Part shown: in pieces, positions 10,876 to 21,985 of the stretch
Layout: every line of letters starts with the position of its first letter
How positions within the stretch are numbered: position 1 is the stretch's first letter
NCBI RefSeq assembly: GCF_018977255.1
Contig: NW_024704742.1
Coordinates: 90,832,001 to 90,896,000 of the forward strand
Reading direction: 5' to 3'
DNA from: Callorhinchus milii
Taxonomy: Eukaryota
Length of the DNA stretch: 64,000 nucleotides
Notes under the pieces: model-generated
What the model was told of the DNA's origin: nothing
Database searches by the model: none
The model's input: the letters and a program-made list of their open reading frames with translations, nothing else
Made by a program: the position numbers and the translations under genes

Positions 10876-11636
10876 ACAACAGCAACAACAAGATTCCATT
10901 TATAGAGCGCCTTTCACGTCGGGAGGACGTCCCAAGGCGCTGTACAGTTGGGTCAGGACCCAAGCAGGAGGGAAAATGGTCAGGGTGAGGGGAGGGAAGG
11001 GAGGGAGCGAGGAGGGGGTAGAGAGTCGAGAGGGGAGCTGAAGGCTCGGTCAAAGAGAAAGGTCTTGAGACCAGCCTTGAAGGAGGAAAGGGAGGAGGCG
11101 GCGAAGGCACTAGGGGATAGAGTTCCAGAGCCTAGGGCCTGAGAGGCTGAAGGCCCGGCCACCGATGGTAGGGCGGTTGGGGCGGGGGATGTGGAGCAGA
11201 CCGGAGCCAGAGGAACGGAGGGTACGGGCAGGTAGGTAGGGGGATAGTAGGTCGGAGAGGTAGGAGGGAGCAAGGCCGTGAATGGCCATGTAGGTGAGGA
11301 TGAGGATCTTGAATTCGATGCTCTGGGGGATGGGGAGCCAGTGGAGGCGAGCGAGGGTGGGAGTGATGTGGTCCTGGTGCGGGACAGTACACGAGCTGCA
11401 GAGTTCTGAATGACCTGCAGCTTGTGGAGGGAGGTGCCGGGAAGGCCGGCGAGGAGAGAGTTCCCATAGTCCAGCCTTGAGGTGATAAAGGCGTGGACCA
11501 GAGTTTCAGCAGTGTGAGGGGTGAGGTAGTGCCGTAGTCTGACGACATTCCGGAGGTGATGGAAGGCGGTGCCAGTTGTGGCGCGGATATGAAGGAGAAA
11601 GGACAGCTCAGGGTCGAACAGAACACCAAGGTTTCT
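10876..11636 (-). mobile_element. 5'-truncated L2 of a second subfamily inserted into the host L2
   Basis: Own (GTT)n tail at 10876-10890, second copy of VRNLGVLFD...SRLDYGNSLL, and GACA on both flanks (10872-10875, 11637-11640). Confidence 0.9.
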
Positions 11637-13580
11637 GACAGGCAGCCAGTGGAGTCTGGCAAGGACTGGGGTAATCGGGGAGCGGAGTTTGGTACGGGTA
11701 AGAATGCGGGTGGCAGAATTCTGGATGACCTGGATTTTATGACTGGTATTGGAGGGGAGGCCGGCGAGGAGGGCATTTGAATAGTCCAGCCAAAAAGTGA
11801 CAAAGGCATGGACCAGGCTTTCGACACTTTTTGGAATGAGATATTGGTAGAGACGGGCGATGTGTCGGAGATGGATGAAACCGGTGCTGGTGAGGGACCG
11901 GATGTGGGGGAGGATGGATAATTGGAGGTTGAACCTGACGCCTAGGTTGTGTACGCGTTCGGAGAGTTTTAGGGGCAAGTCGGGTAGGTGGAGGAGGTGA
12001 GAACCATGTGATTGAAGACTTTGACGAGAGCCAAAGAGTATGGCTTCCATCTTGTCAACATTTAGCTGAAGGAAATTCGCACTCATCCAGCTCCAGGCAG
12101 GCTGACAGAACATCAGGGGGCTAGGGGTCACAAAGTGAGGTAGAAAAATAGAATTGGGTGTCGTCCACATACATGTGGAAGTGTACCCCATGTCTGCGGA
12201 TGTCATCCCCAAGAGGGAGCATATAGATTAGGAAGAGGAGGGGGCCAAGGATGGATCCTTGGGGTACCCCGCAGGCAACCGGGTGAGAGCGGGAGGAAAA
12301 GCCGTTTGTGGAGATGTGCTGCTGGCAGTTTGTGGTAGGACTCGAACCAGCGAGTGCGGTGCCACTAAGGTGGATGACGGAGGAAAGGCGGTGGAGGAGG
12401 ATAGTGTGATCGACTGTGTCAAAAGTGGCGGAGAGGTCCAGGAGGACAAGGAGGCAAAGGGAACCCTGGTCACAGATGGAGAGGATGTTGTTTGAGACTT
12501 TCACAAGCGCAGTCTCTGTACTGTGGGCAGGGCGGAAACCGGACTGGAGGGGTTTGAAGAGGGAGTGGGAGGTGACAACGTATTCTAGGACTTTGGCAAG
12601 GAAGGGCAAGTTTGAAGTAGGGTGGTAATGGCTAGAGTTTGAGGGATCCAGGGAAGGTTTTTTGAGGAGGCGAGTGATGACAGCAGTTTTGAGGGGGACA
12701 GGGACTGATCTAGAGGAGAGGGACTGATTGATGACATCAATCAGTAGTGGGCAGAGGAGGGGGAGCTGGGTGACCAGCAAGTTGGTGGAGAGGGGGTCGA
12801 GGCAGCAGGTGGTGGGTTTCATTGAAGTGATGGTGGGTGAGAGGAAGGAAGGAGAGGTGGGGAGAAGGAATGTAGGATGGGGGTCGTTGTAGGAGTTGAT
12901 GATGGGGAGGGTGAGGAAGATGGAGAGGGGGTGGTGTGGGTGACAAGAGGCAGGAGGATGAGGCTGCCTGGCGGATATTATTTATTTTAGTTGAAAAGAA
13001 GTCCATGACCTCCTCGCACTTGGCATTTGATATGAAGAGTGAGGAGGCCTGAGGGGGGACATGGAGGAGGTAATGGGTGGTGGGAAAAAAGGACTTTAGG
13101 GTTGTTTTTTGCCTCCAAAATGACGTTGGAGTAGAAGGCCGCTTTTGCACATGTCAAAGAACGGCGGTAGCTGTGGAGATGCTCGAACCACATTTGGTGG
13201 TGAACTGTCAGGCCAGTTTTCTGCCATCTGCGCTTGAGCAGCTGGGTTGGGGTTTTTAGGGAGCGGAGATGATTGTTATACCGGGGGATTGGATGGGTTT
13301 GGAGATGGTCCTGGATTTCAGGGGGACGAGAGAATTGAAGGTGGAGGAGAGGTGATCATGGAGCAACTGGATGGGTCCTTCAGGATAACTGTGGGTGGAA
13401 GGCCAGAGGGATAGGATATCGGAGGACGTGAGGGCCTTTGTGAGAGTCTCAAGGGGTAGCCTTTTCCACGGGCGGTAGACTATGGTTGAGGGCTTGGTGG
13501 AGGAGAGAGGGATGTGAGAGGAGAAGGAGTTGAGGAAGTGGTCCGAGATGGCCTAGTCCTGTAGCCTTGTCCTGTAGCTC

Positions 13581-13636
13581 TGAGACGCCGTCCAGCGTAG
13601 AGGGCACTATATAAATCCAGTTATTGCTGTTGTTGT
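13581..13636 (+). mobile_element. L2 3' tail fragment with 8-bp target-site duplication
   Basis: TGTAGCTC at 13573-13580 and 13637-13644; tail GACGCCGTCCAGCGTAGAGGGCACTATATAAATCCAG(TTG)n. Confidence 0.85.
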
Positions 13637-13651
13637 TGTAGCTCGGTAGCT

Positions 13652-13962
13652 GAGTTCTGTAGTTCAGTGGTTAGAGCACTCGCTTTGCAAGCGAGAGACC
13701 TGAGTTCGATTCCTGGCAGGCGAAACCTTGGGTAAGTTTCCTTACTCCACACGCCTAATAATAATCCCTCAAAAAAAATAATAATAAATTGATCACTTAT
13801 ATCCACAACTGTTTGTGGGATGCTGCTGTGCGCATTGGCTGCCACATTTCACCGACAAGTATACAGTCAATTCACTTTACAGTCTATTCTGTGAAGCGCT
13901 TTGAGACAACTAGAAGCCGTGAAAAGCGCTATATCAAATGCAAGGATTATTGTTCTATTATT
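13652..13962 (+). mobile_element. Young tRNA(Ala)-like SINE inserted in the L2 endonuclease region
   Basis: A box TAGTTCAGTGG, anticodon-like arm CTCGC-TTTGCAA-GCGAG, B box GTTCGATTCC, Deu-type 3' body and (ATT)n-like tail. Confidence 0.92.
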
Positions 13963-14915
13963 GTCCATTATGCTCAGGTCAGAAGTGTCAAGACCGTGGG
14001 TGATGATGAGGTCGAGGGCACGGCCACGGTTGTGGGTCGGGGAATTAATGTGAAGGGTGAGGTTTAGGGAGGAGAGGAGGGCAGTGAAGTCAGATGTGGT
14101 GCAAGGGGAGTTTAGGTGGAGGTTGAAATCGCCCATTATGAGCAGGCGGTCGGAGCAGAGGGATAGGGAAGAGAGGAGAGTAGAGATGTCAGAGAAGGAG
14201 CCAGGGAGCTTAAGGGGATGGTAGACCTGAAGGATTTTCAATGGAAGAGAGGGATGGAAGAGGGTGAGTTGTTCAAAAGAGGGGAAGTAGCCAGAAGAAT
14301 AGGGGAAAGACCAAGGGAAGCTTTGAAGATGAGGGCCACCCCACCGTCACGTTGGTGTGGTGGAAGGTGTAGCCTGGAGGGGAGACTTCAACTAAGCGGA
14401 CGGAGTCATTGGGGGAGAGCCAGGTTTCTGTAAGCCCAAGAATGTCGAGGTGCTCATCCATGATGAGGTCATGGTCATGGATGGTGAGGGCTTTGTTTGT
14501 GAGGGAACGGACAGTTAACCAGTATGAATGCTTGATGCTGACATCCCATTCCCCATCAATGCCATCGCCCACCTTGACGAACAAGAGAGTGTTCAGTGTT
14601 GTGCCCGTCAGTAGGAAGTATACATCTCTTTGGTTGTATGTGGATGCCGAGTTTCACGCGTTGGATCTGAAGATTGTCCTGTTAATTAATTTCAAAATGA
14701 TTTGAGACTTGAATGAGAAACCTCATCATCTTTGTTCTCCTGTAATTACATTCCTGCTATTATTCCGGCAACATTGCTTTTACAACAATTGCTGTAAAAC
14801 CTGGAGTGAGAAAGAAGCAGCCAGGCTCTCACTAGTGTCATCCTGTTCGTAGAGATCATTTAAATAATTATTTTTATATATAAATATATAAGTGTGTGTA
14901 TATATATATATATAT

Positions 14916-15238
14916 GTGGAGTCCTGTAGCTCAGTGGTTAGAGCACTCGCTTTGCAAGCGAGAGACCTGAGTTCAATTCCAGGCAGAGGGCGAAACCTTG
15001 GGCAAGTTTCCTTACACCACACAGAGCCTAATAATAATCCCTCCAAAAAAACAAAAACAATAATAAATTGGTCATTTTCAATCTACGACTGTTTGTGGGA
15101 CATTGCTGTGCGCAATTGGCTGCTGCGTTCGTCCACAAATATAACATCAATTCACTTTACAGTGTGTTCTGTGAAGCACTTTGGGAAGTCCTCCTGACGT
15201 GAAAAGCACTATGTCAAATGCAAGGATTATTATTATTA
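14916..15238 (+). mobile_element. Young tRNA(Ala)-like SINE, full length
   Basis: GTGGAGTCCTGTAGCTCAGTGGTTAGAGC...AAATGCAAGGATTATTATTATTA; highly similar to 42670-42984. Confidence 0.95.
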
Positions 15239-15279
15239 TATAATATGGTCGTCTGGGTCCAATATCTCATTGACCACAG

Positions 15280-15440
15280 CAGAAGTGAAGCACAGAGAAA
15301 TGGCTGACTTCTGGGCTGTTATGTCGCCAATGCTATCACTTCCTGCGTGTGGCTCAGGTGGGCTATGCCACTTCCTTCTTGGCGTGACATCAGCAATCAT
15401 CCGGTGACCTGCAATTCGGCCATTTTTCTCGCTCGCTCAG
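15280..15440. repeat. Old foldback element related to 6096-6354
   Basis: AGAGAAATGGCTGA and TCGGCCATTTTTCT are inverted; AAATGGCTGACTTCTGG...TCACTTCCTGC resembles the reverse complement of 6240-6292. Confidence 0.45.
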
Positions 15441-16107
15441 CCAGGTGTTCCCAGTGAACAGGAATCCACACTACGTGAAGCAACATCATTATTGTAAGTG
15501 CACTTTCGGGTAAGAATTATGTGGAGGGAGGAGAGAGTATAAAAGCTCGAGGTAGAGGCCAGTCAGCTGCTGTCGGCTTTATCCCGAGTGACGCTGACCA
15601 CCCACCCCCTCCCTCCCCTCAATCACCGGTGTGAAATGGAGTCAGGAGCAGGCTTGCGGGTGGGGTTCTCAAGTAAATATCATTCACTGTACCCCATCTG
15701 GCTGCCATGTGTTCTCTTTGTAGCTTGATGGTTTTAAAGAAAACAAAATAAAGAAAGAAAATCTTCGTGGGTGAGAGGCTCAGAGTGGTTTATGATATTT
15801 ATGCAGAGATCAGAACCATGGTGTGAAACAAATTGTATTCAGCTCCTGTGTGAAGTGGGGTTTATTATTAGGGCTTGAGTGGCGCTGGGAATACCTCTCA
15901 CCTCTGTAGCAAGTGCCCAAGGGATCTATACCATCCACTAGCTGTGACAGATGTGACCAGGGCTTTACATCTCATCAGACTGGTGCTCACGGAGCACTGT
16001 AACACCAAGTCTGGACTCAGAGGGAGATGGGACTGCCACTGTACGAACTGTGCCAGCGGCTTTATACTGAGACGGTGGGGAGAGGATTGGGGAGGAAGTT
16101 GAAACTT

Positions 16108-17022
16108 CTCCAAATCTACTTCTCCTCCTCCAGCTGCGACTCCCAGACCCCTGATGTCCTGTCAGCTTGTTTGACGGACATCAAGGCCTGGATGAGAGAG
16201 AATTTCCTTCAGCTGAAAGTCAGCAAGATGGAAGCCACACTCTTTGGCTCCCATCAATGTCTTCTCTCCTGCAGAGCTGAACCCTTCAAACTCCCCAGGT
16301 TCTCCCTCAGACTAACTAAACCCATGTGCAATTTAGGCATCAGGTTCAATCCCCAGCTTTCCTTTCTACCTTTCCTTGACCAGGCCTGCTTTTTTGCACC
16401 TCCGTCACATTGCCCGCTTCTGTCTGTACCTCACAACCAGCGCAGCCGAAACCCTCGTCCACACCATTGTCACTTCCCGACTGGTCTATTCCAATGCTTT
16501 CCTCGCTGGCCTACCCAGCTCCACCAAACACAATTAATCCAAAACTCCACTGCCCAGATACGCACCCACACAAAACTCCATACCCCTATCATATTAGTCC
16601 TTGACAGGCTCCACTAGCTCTCAATTACCGAACGGATCGATTTCGAAATTCTCTCATGGTTTTCAAATCCTTTCAGGTCCTGGCACCTTCCTACCTATCC
16701 CATTTGCTTACCCCCCCATTGCACTACCCGATGCCTCCACTCAGCTGGTTCCAGCTTCCTATTTGTCCCTCGTGCCCTCTTCTCCACCATTGATGGCCGT
16801 GCCTTAAGCCACTACGCCCCAAAACTCTGGAACTCAATCCCAACACCTTGCCCCCCCCTCCCTCCTTCAAATCCTGTCTTAAGACCTTCCTTTTCGATCG
16901 TGCTTTCGGTCACCTCCCCCGTCCCTCTCCCCCTGGATCTTTGTCAGACTCCACCACCGTGAACTGCTCCGGGATGCTACCCTGCGTGAAAGACGCTATA
17001 TAAATACAAGTTGTTGTTGTTG
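16108..17022 (+). mobile_element. L2 LINE fragment (post-RT region to 3' tail)
   Basis: QIYFS..CLTDIKAWMRENFLQL..KMEA..NLGIRFNPQLSF in ORF 16027-16617; tail TATATAAATACAAG(TTG)n. Confidence 0.92.
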
Positions 17023-18531
17023 AAACCTTGTCCCCAATCAATGATGGTAAACTATTGAAAGCTGCTGAGCAGAGAAATGCTCTGCGAAGTTACTTTTGCC
17101 AGGGGCACACACTGGTGATTGTAATGATGTAATGCAAGTGCAGGAACCAGGAATGTCTCAATAATGGACTGACGATGATAAAAAATAGAATACACTGAGG
17201 TAAAATTTGTGGCCTTAAAGCACGAAGAGGTTCTTTAGTACACTTGTTTCTCAGTGGCATTGTAATATAAGCTCCTCGCACTAATGGACGTTGGGAATGA
17301 GTCAGCGATAATCCTAAGCGAGTGACATTATTATTCTGTTATTATAAGTATTCTTATAAATGTTACTTGCTTACATCGTCGGACCCCTGCAGCCCTCGCC
17401 ACGGGGGTGAAGGGACATGTTTACGTGAGAAAATAGGGTTATTTGCTTCCTGGTAATTTGTGGCACTGAGCAGTTATTTTTCAGCAAGTGAGAAAAAGAA
17501 CAGGGGAAGATGTGGACTGTTGGTCTTCAGCACCATGTGAGCAGCGTGTAATCTGTGTGCAAACCTACATACCTTGAGGGGGGAACAGGATTTGATGCTC
17601 ATTCCCTTCCATTTTTTTTGTGTTTTTTAAATGTACAAATGCCAACTGTCCCAAGGCAGTATAACGCCCATTTCAGATGTGTCTTGTCTGTACTGAGTTA
17701 CAGGCATTTGCATGTAGCCTCCAGGTAATGTAAAATGTCCCTGCTATGTGCCCCCAGCAACTTCTCGTCCTGCTCTGTTTAGCCAGTCCATCGTGTCCCA
17801 TGAGCCGAGCCATTAGCTCTGTAGTGTGTGTGCATTGAAAACCAACAACATGGGTGGGCAACTGCTACTTTGCACTTGCCCTGAGGACAAATAACATTTG
17901 TCCCTTATGCGTTAGGCAAAATAAAACTCCCAAGCCTTCTGCATCATGCTTAATGCTATCAAATTGCATTGTTAAGAAACCACTGTCAAGGCCTGTGAAG
18001 AAGAATTCCCAGCAGTTAACAGAACTGGGAATGGCTTTTGTTCTAAGATGAAAAATTGGACAGAAAGTTGCTTGAGTTTCTTTGTTTTAGTGGTTCATTG
18101 CTTCATGGGGTTTACAATGCCAGAGTACAATGAAATGCCTTGTTTCTGAGCCTGCTGTTGATGTGTGTAATGGACACTGAAATGGCCTACACAGAGGAGA
18201 GCACCAAAGTGCTTCTGTCTCCTTTGCTTATCTCCCAGACGATACACTAAAATGTATGTCGTTGCACATCATTAACATCCAACTCACTTGAGCACATTTT
18301 TGGCTTTTAGTTTCTCAGAGTGACAGCATTCACAACTCTGTGTCGACTGCAAGGTGAGAATCCTTGACAAAAATTGCACTCAATTTTGCCCAAATTCCAA
18401 CCAGTGGGTGTGTGTGTATGTATATATATATATAATGTTGCTGTTTGATGTGTATGTTATATGTTTACATTATATGTTTATATGTGTATGCATCTATGAC
18501 ATGTTGCAGTCAATAAAATATAAAATAAAAG

Positions 18532-19015
18532 CGATGTTAAAAATCCCATGGGACTATTCAAAAAGAGAAGAGAGTTTCTACCAGTTTCTTAGCCAATAAT
18601 TCCCCAAATAAAATTGGTCACTCACTCCATGGCTGTTTGTGGGACACTGCTGTGTGCAACTGACTGCTGCATGTCACCCACAAAATACAGTCACTCCACC
18701 TTACAGGATATCCTGTAGTACACCCCGAGGCTCTGGAACTCCCTTCCTCATTTCCTTCACCTCGCCCCCCTCTCTTCCTACTTTCAGGTCCCTGCTGAAG
18801 ACCTTTCTTTTCGACCGCGCCTTTGATCACCTTCTTACCCCTCCCCCTGGCTCGGCCTCAGGATCTGTTATTGTGAAGCGCTCTGAGAGGCCGTCCGGCG
18901 TGGATGGCGCTATATAAATCCAAGTTGTTATTGTTATCCTGTGAAGCGCTTTGAGACGTTTCAACGACCTGATAAGGAGCTATATCAAATGCAAGGATTA
19001 TTATTATTAATAATA
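18532..19015 (+). mobile_element. Old Deu-SINE 3' half interrupted by an L2 fragment
   Basis: AAAATCCCATGGGACTATTC...GTGGGACACTGCTGTGTGCAA; tail resumes at 18943. Confidence 0.85.
18717..18934 (+). mobile_element. L2 3' fragment with 8-bp target-site duplication
   Basis: TATCCTGT at 18709-18716 and 18935-18942; closely resembles the reverse complement of the host L2 3' end at 10470-10690. Confidence 0.9.
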
Positions 19016-19694
19016 ATGTTATCTATGCTTATTTAGGTAGGTACAATTAGACCAAAAACTATAAATTGTATAGGATTACGTAGAAATAAATACATGATAC
19101 AACATAGAAGCAGGTGTTTCAACTCAAGTAATCCGTGCCGATGTTTATTTACTTCATGGACCTCCATTTTTCCTAGTACTCTCTCCTAATAACCCTACAT
19201 TTATTTCTCCATCATATATATATATGCAATATATGTGTATCGAAATTCTACAAGGTTTTCATTAATCCAGGTATTTTTAAAATAATCCTCTTTTTGAAAA
19301 ACAGACAAGAAGATGTTTCGTGTCGGTCTCTCTATGTCTAGGTCCTGCATGACATACACTTTGTACAGTATGCAGTTTATAGCTTGAAGCTGGCCATACT
19401 TGACACTTTTCCAAGCTGAGATCTCACCGATCAATATGATGCACAGGGGTTTCTCTGCAGAAGATGCAATTTACATTTTTCTGGTGTTAAGTAACATTAC
19501 CGCTTTCCTGAGGAGAGCTTTTTTCAATCCTATTTTTCTCACCAGGTTGACAATCTGTCTCATAGAGGCCACAAGGAGAGCTGGTGTGGGGAAATAGAAA
19601 TGTCAGACTGGTTTGCCAGAAGGTTTTCTGAGGATGATGTAGAAACTACAGTAAACCTTGAGGGTTGAACATACTGTTATAGTACATACTGTTA

Positions 19695-19985
19695 TAATGT
19701 GTCATATCATGGAGGCATCTCAACATGCTACGTGGGGTATTTTCTAATTGTAGTTATTTTGTAGGTGATCAGAGCAGCCAACTTACACTCAGCAATGTCC
19801 CACAAACAGCTATGAAGTGAGTGACCAATTTTATTTGGCCAATTGTTGGCCAGGAAACCAAGAGACACACCACCCTCCACTTCTCTTTTTAAATAGTATC
19901 ATAGGATCTCTAACATATACCTGAACAGGCAGACAGAACCTCGGTTTAATATTTCATCCAAAGAACGCCACCTCCAACAATGCAG
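19695..19985 (-). mobile_element. Old Deu-SINE
   Basis: CAGCAATGTCCCACAAACAGC...CCTGAACAGGCAGACAGAACCTCGGTTTAA...CACCTCCAACAATGCAGC. Confidence 0.8.
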
Positions 19986-20363
19986 CGCAGCCCAGCGCAG
20001 ATAGTGTGAAGTGTGCTATATAAATGCAAGTTATTGTTGTCACACCATTCTGCACCAGTTCCGCTTTGATGTGGTTTACTTCCACATTAAAGTGGAGTTC
20101 CCAAAGTTCAGTGTAATGCTTCTAGTTACCAGTAGTTGGTGCTATTTCTGAGCCCAGGTAGTGAATACCTTGTTTTCAATCTCCCTTTGTTGAGAAAATT
20201 GTAGATTTTTTCCATAGTAAATATGTTCTTAGAGAGATTTAAAATCGTGATGGTCAGGGAAATACTGAAGCATTTTCTGCATGTGTCAGAATTTATTGCT
20301 TGTAAACCACAAATGACTGTCGATAATACAATTTTTAAAATCCAGTTTTTTTTTGGTCTGATA

Positions 20364-20600
20364 TCAGCCTGGCTCGGTCAATAGCACTTTTGCCTCTGAG
20401 TCAGAAGATTGTAGGTTCAAGCTCCACATTGGGACTTTGAATTTAGGCTGATATTCCAGTGCAGTGCTGGGGAAGCTTTGCATTGTTGGAGGTGCTGTCC
20501 TTCAGATGAAACATTTAAACTGAAGTGTCTTTCTGTTCAGGTGGACATTAAAGATCCAATGGCCCTAATTGGAAAGATAAGGGGAATGCATAGCAGCCCT
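20364..20600 (+). mobile_element. Old Deu-SINE 5' half
   Basis: TCAGCCTGGCTCGG...GCCTCTGAGTCAGAAGATTGTAGGTTCAAG...GTTCAGGTGGACATTAAAGATCC. Confidence 0.85.
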
Positions 20601-21802
20601 GAGTTAGACAAGCGGAGTGGAGTACACCATTTTTGGGATTTATTTGCTTGGTTTATTTCAGAATGGCACTCAGTGAAAACAACATAGATAGCAATGGTGA
20701 GGTGATTGGGGGCAAAGCCAGAGAGCAGCTGGAATGAATTACAAAAGCAAATCTTGTTCCAGTTTTGGAAAATGGGACTACACTATAGAGCTCGGAAGAG
20801 TTAAGAACATGTGGTGTTCCCCCATGTGCAGCCATTGTAAATTGTTTTCAGTCATTCAACAACTTGCTTTTATATAGAGTTCTTCATGCAGACTAGGGTC
20901 TCGAAGAGCCTAAAGTTTAACTGTGGCTTGGGTGTTGCTCCACATGGAAAGGGATTAACACTCTTCGTTTCCTTTCTCTCTGTCTCTTTGTGACTGTGAT
21001 TCAGTGATGCTCTGCATGAAACATGAAAAGCTTCACTCAGAATCTCACCCTAGTGGTCTGCAGTCTGAACCTAAGCCTATGTTTACCCTGGTCCCATCAG
21101 CAGCTTATGTTCTGCGAGTTAGGTGGGGGGGTGGAGGTCTCCTGTAGGCACTGAGAACAGTAAAATATCCTGAAGTCCACTACAGCTATTGAAACTGTGG
21201 CAATCTTATTACTCAGAAACCAACATGGAACCTCCATCCCCCTTTACTCCGCACCTCCACAGGCATAACTGGACACTGCGCTGTCCCCTCAAAACCAACC
21301 AAGTCTAGGGAGCTACACAGGCATCAGCAAAAAAACTGTGTTCAAACTTTCCTGGAGTGGTCTTGGTATTAGTTTTATGCCATTCAGAGGAACACTCAGC
21401 ATTTGTTAGACTGAGAGAAAAACAAACACTTTGCAGGATTCAAAGCAGAATTTATGCAGCCCAGTTTGCCATCAAAAAGACGTGACCCACGGTCAGAAAG
21501 CACACACATGTACAAAAGCAGAAATCCACCCCACTTGTGTATGCATTGTGTCTGGATCGCGTTTGATTACGAATCTCATTTTCTGTTATCTGATGCAGGT
21601 TCTGTGGTTAAATTGGAAGTTTTTTTTCCACCATAAGCAATTGCCAGCAGGATGTTTTTATGTTGGTTCAACACACACAGTCACACACCTCGCACACAGA
21701 AAACATGCTTTAAAGGTTGCTGCAGTCTCTCAGCTTAGGAGCACCGGTGCACTTGAATCTTGCTCATTGTGGATGGACATTTGCTGGAAAAGGCTTTAAT
21801 GG

Positions 21803-21985
21803 TAATCCTTGCATTTGATATAGTGCCTTATCATGCTATTGAGACATCTCAAGGTGCTTCACAGAATATACTCTTAAGTGGACTGACTTTTTTTTGTGGG
21901 TGAAATGTGGCAACCAATTGCACACAGCAGTGTCCCGCAAACAGTTGTGGATTGATGACCACATTTTTTTTGAGGGATTATTTCC
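21803..21985 (-). mobile_element. SINE 3' half
   Basis: TAATCCTTGCATTTGATATAGTGCC...CAGCAGTGTCCCGCAAACAG. Confidence 0.85.

Larger units (their letters stand above)
10470..14525 (-). mobile_element. Decayed near-complete L2 LINE ORF2 (APE endonuclease + reverse transcriptase) with 3' tail; contains nested insertions
   Basis: APE motifs VRSL..LGLTETWL (ORF 14273-14584), LLIMGDFN..PTH..GRALDLII (13867-14241) and ISDH. RT motifs QSGFRPAHSTETAL, LLDLSATFDTVDH, GVPQGSILGPLLF and YVDDTQ (12121-12822). Post-RT LHWLPVPERISFKIL. (AAC)n tail at 10470. Several frameshifts. Confidence 0.95.

Noticed and set aside
10653..11780. Gly/Glu/Arg-rich plus-strand ORFs
   Set aside because: They are antisense or shifted frames of the pyrimidine-rich L2 strand.
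10980..12212. 410-aa ORF as a novel gene with a duplicated domain
   Set aside because: It is an in-frame junction of two L2 fragments; the start and C-terminus are out-of-frame LINE sequence.
12121..12822. Reverse transcriptase as an active enzyme or a retron/DGR-like system
   Set aside because: It is an ordinary L2 ORF2 with frameshifts, a linked APE domain and a LINE tail in vertebrate DNA.
14918..14990. tRNA-Ala(TGC) gene (also at 13652, 42672 and 49920)
   Set aside because: Each tRNA-like head continues into a shared SINE body and tail, and the copies carry stem-breaking substitutions.
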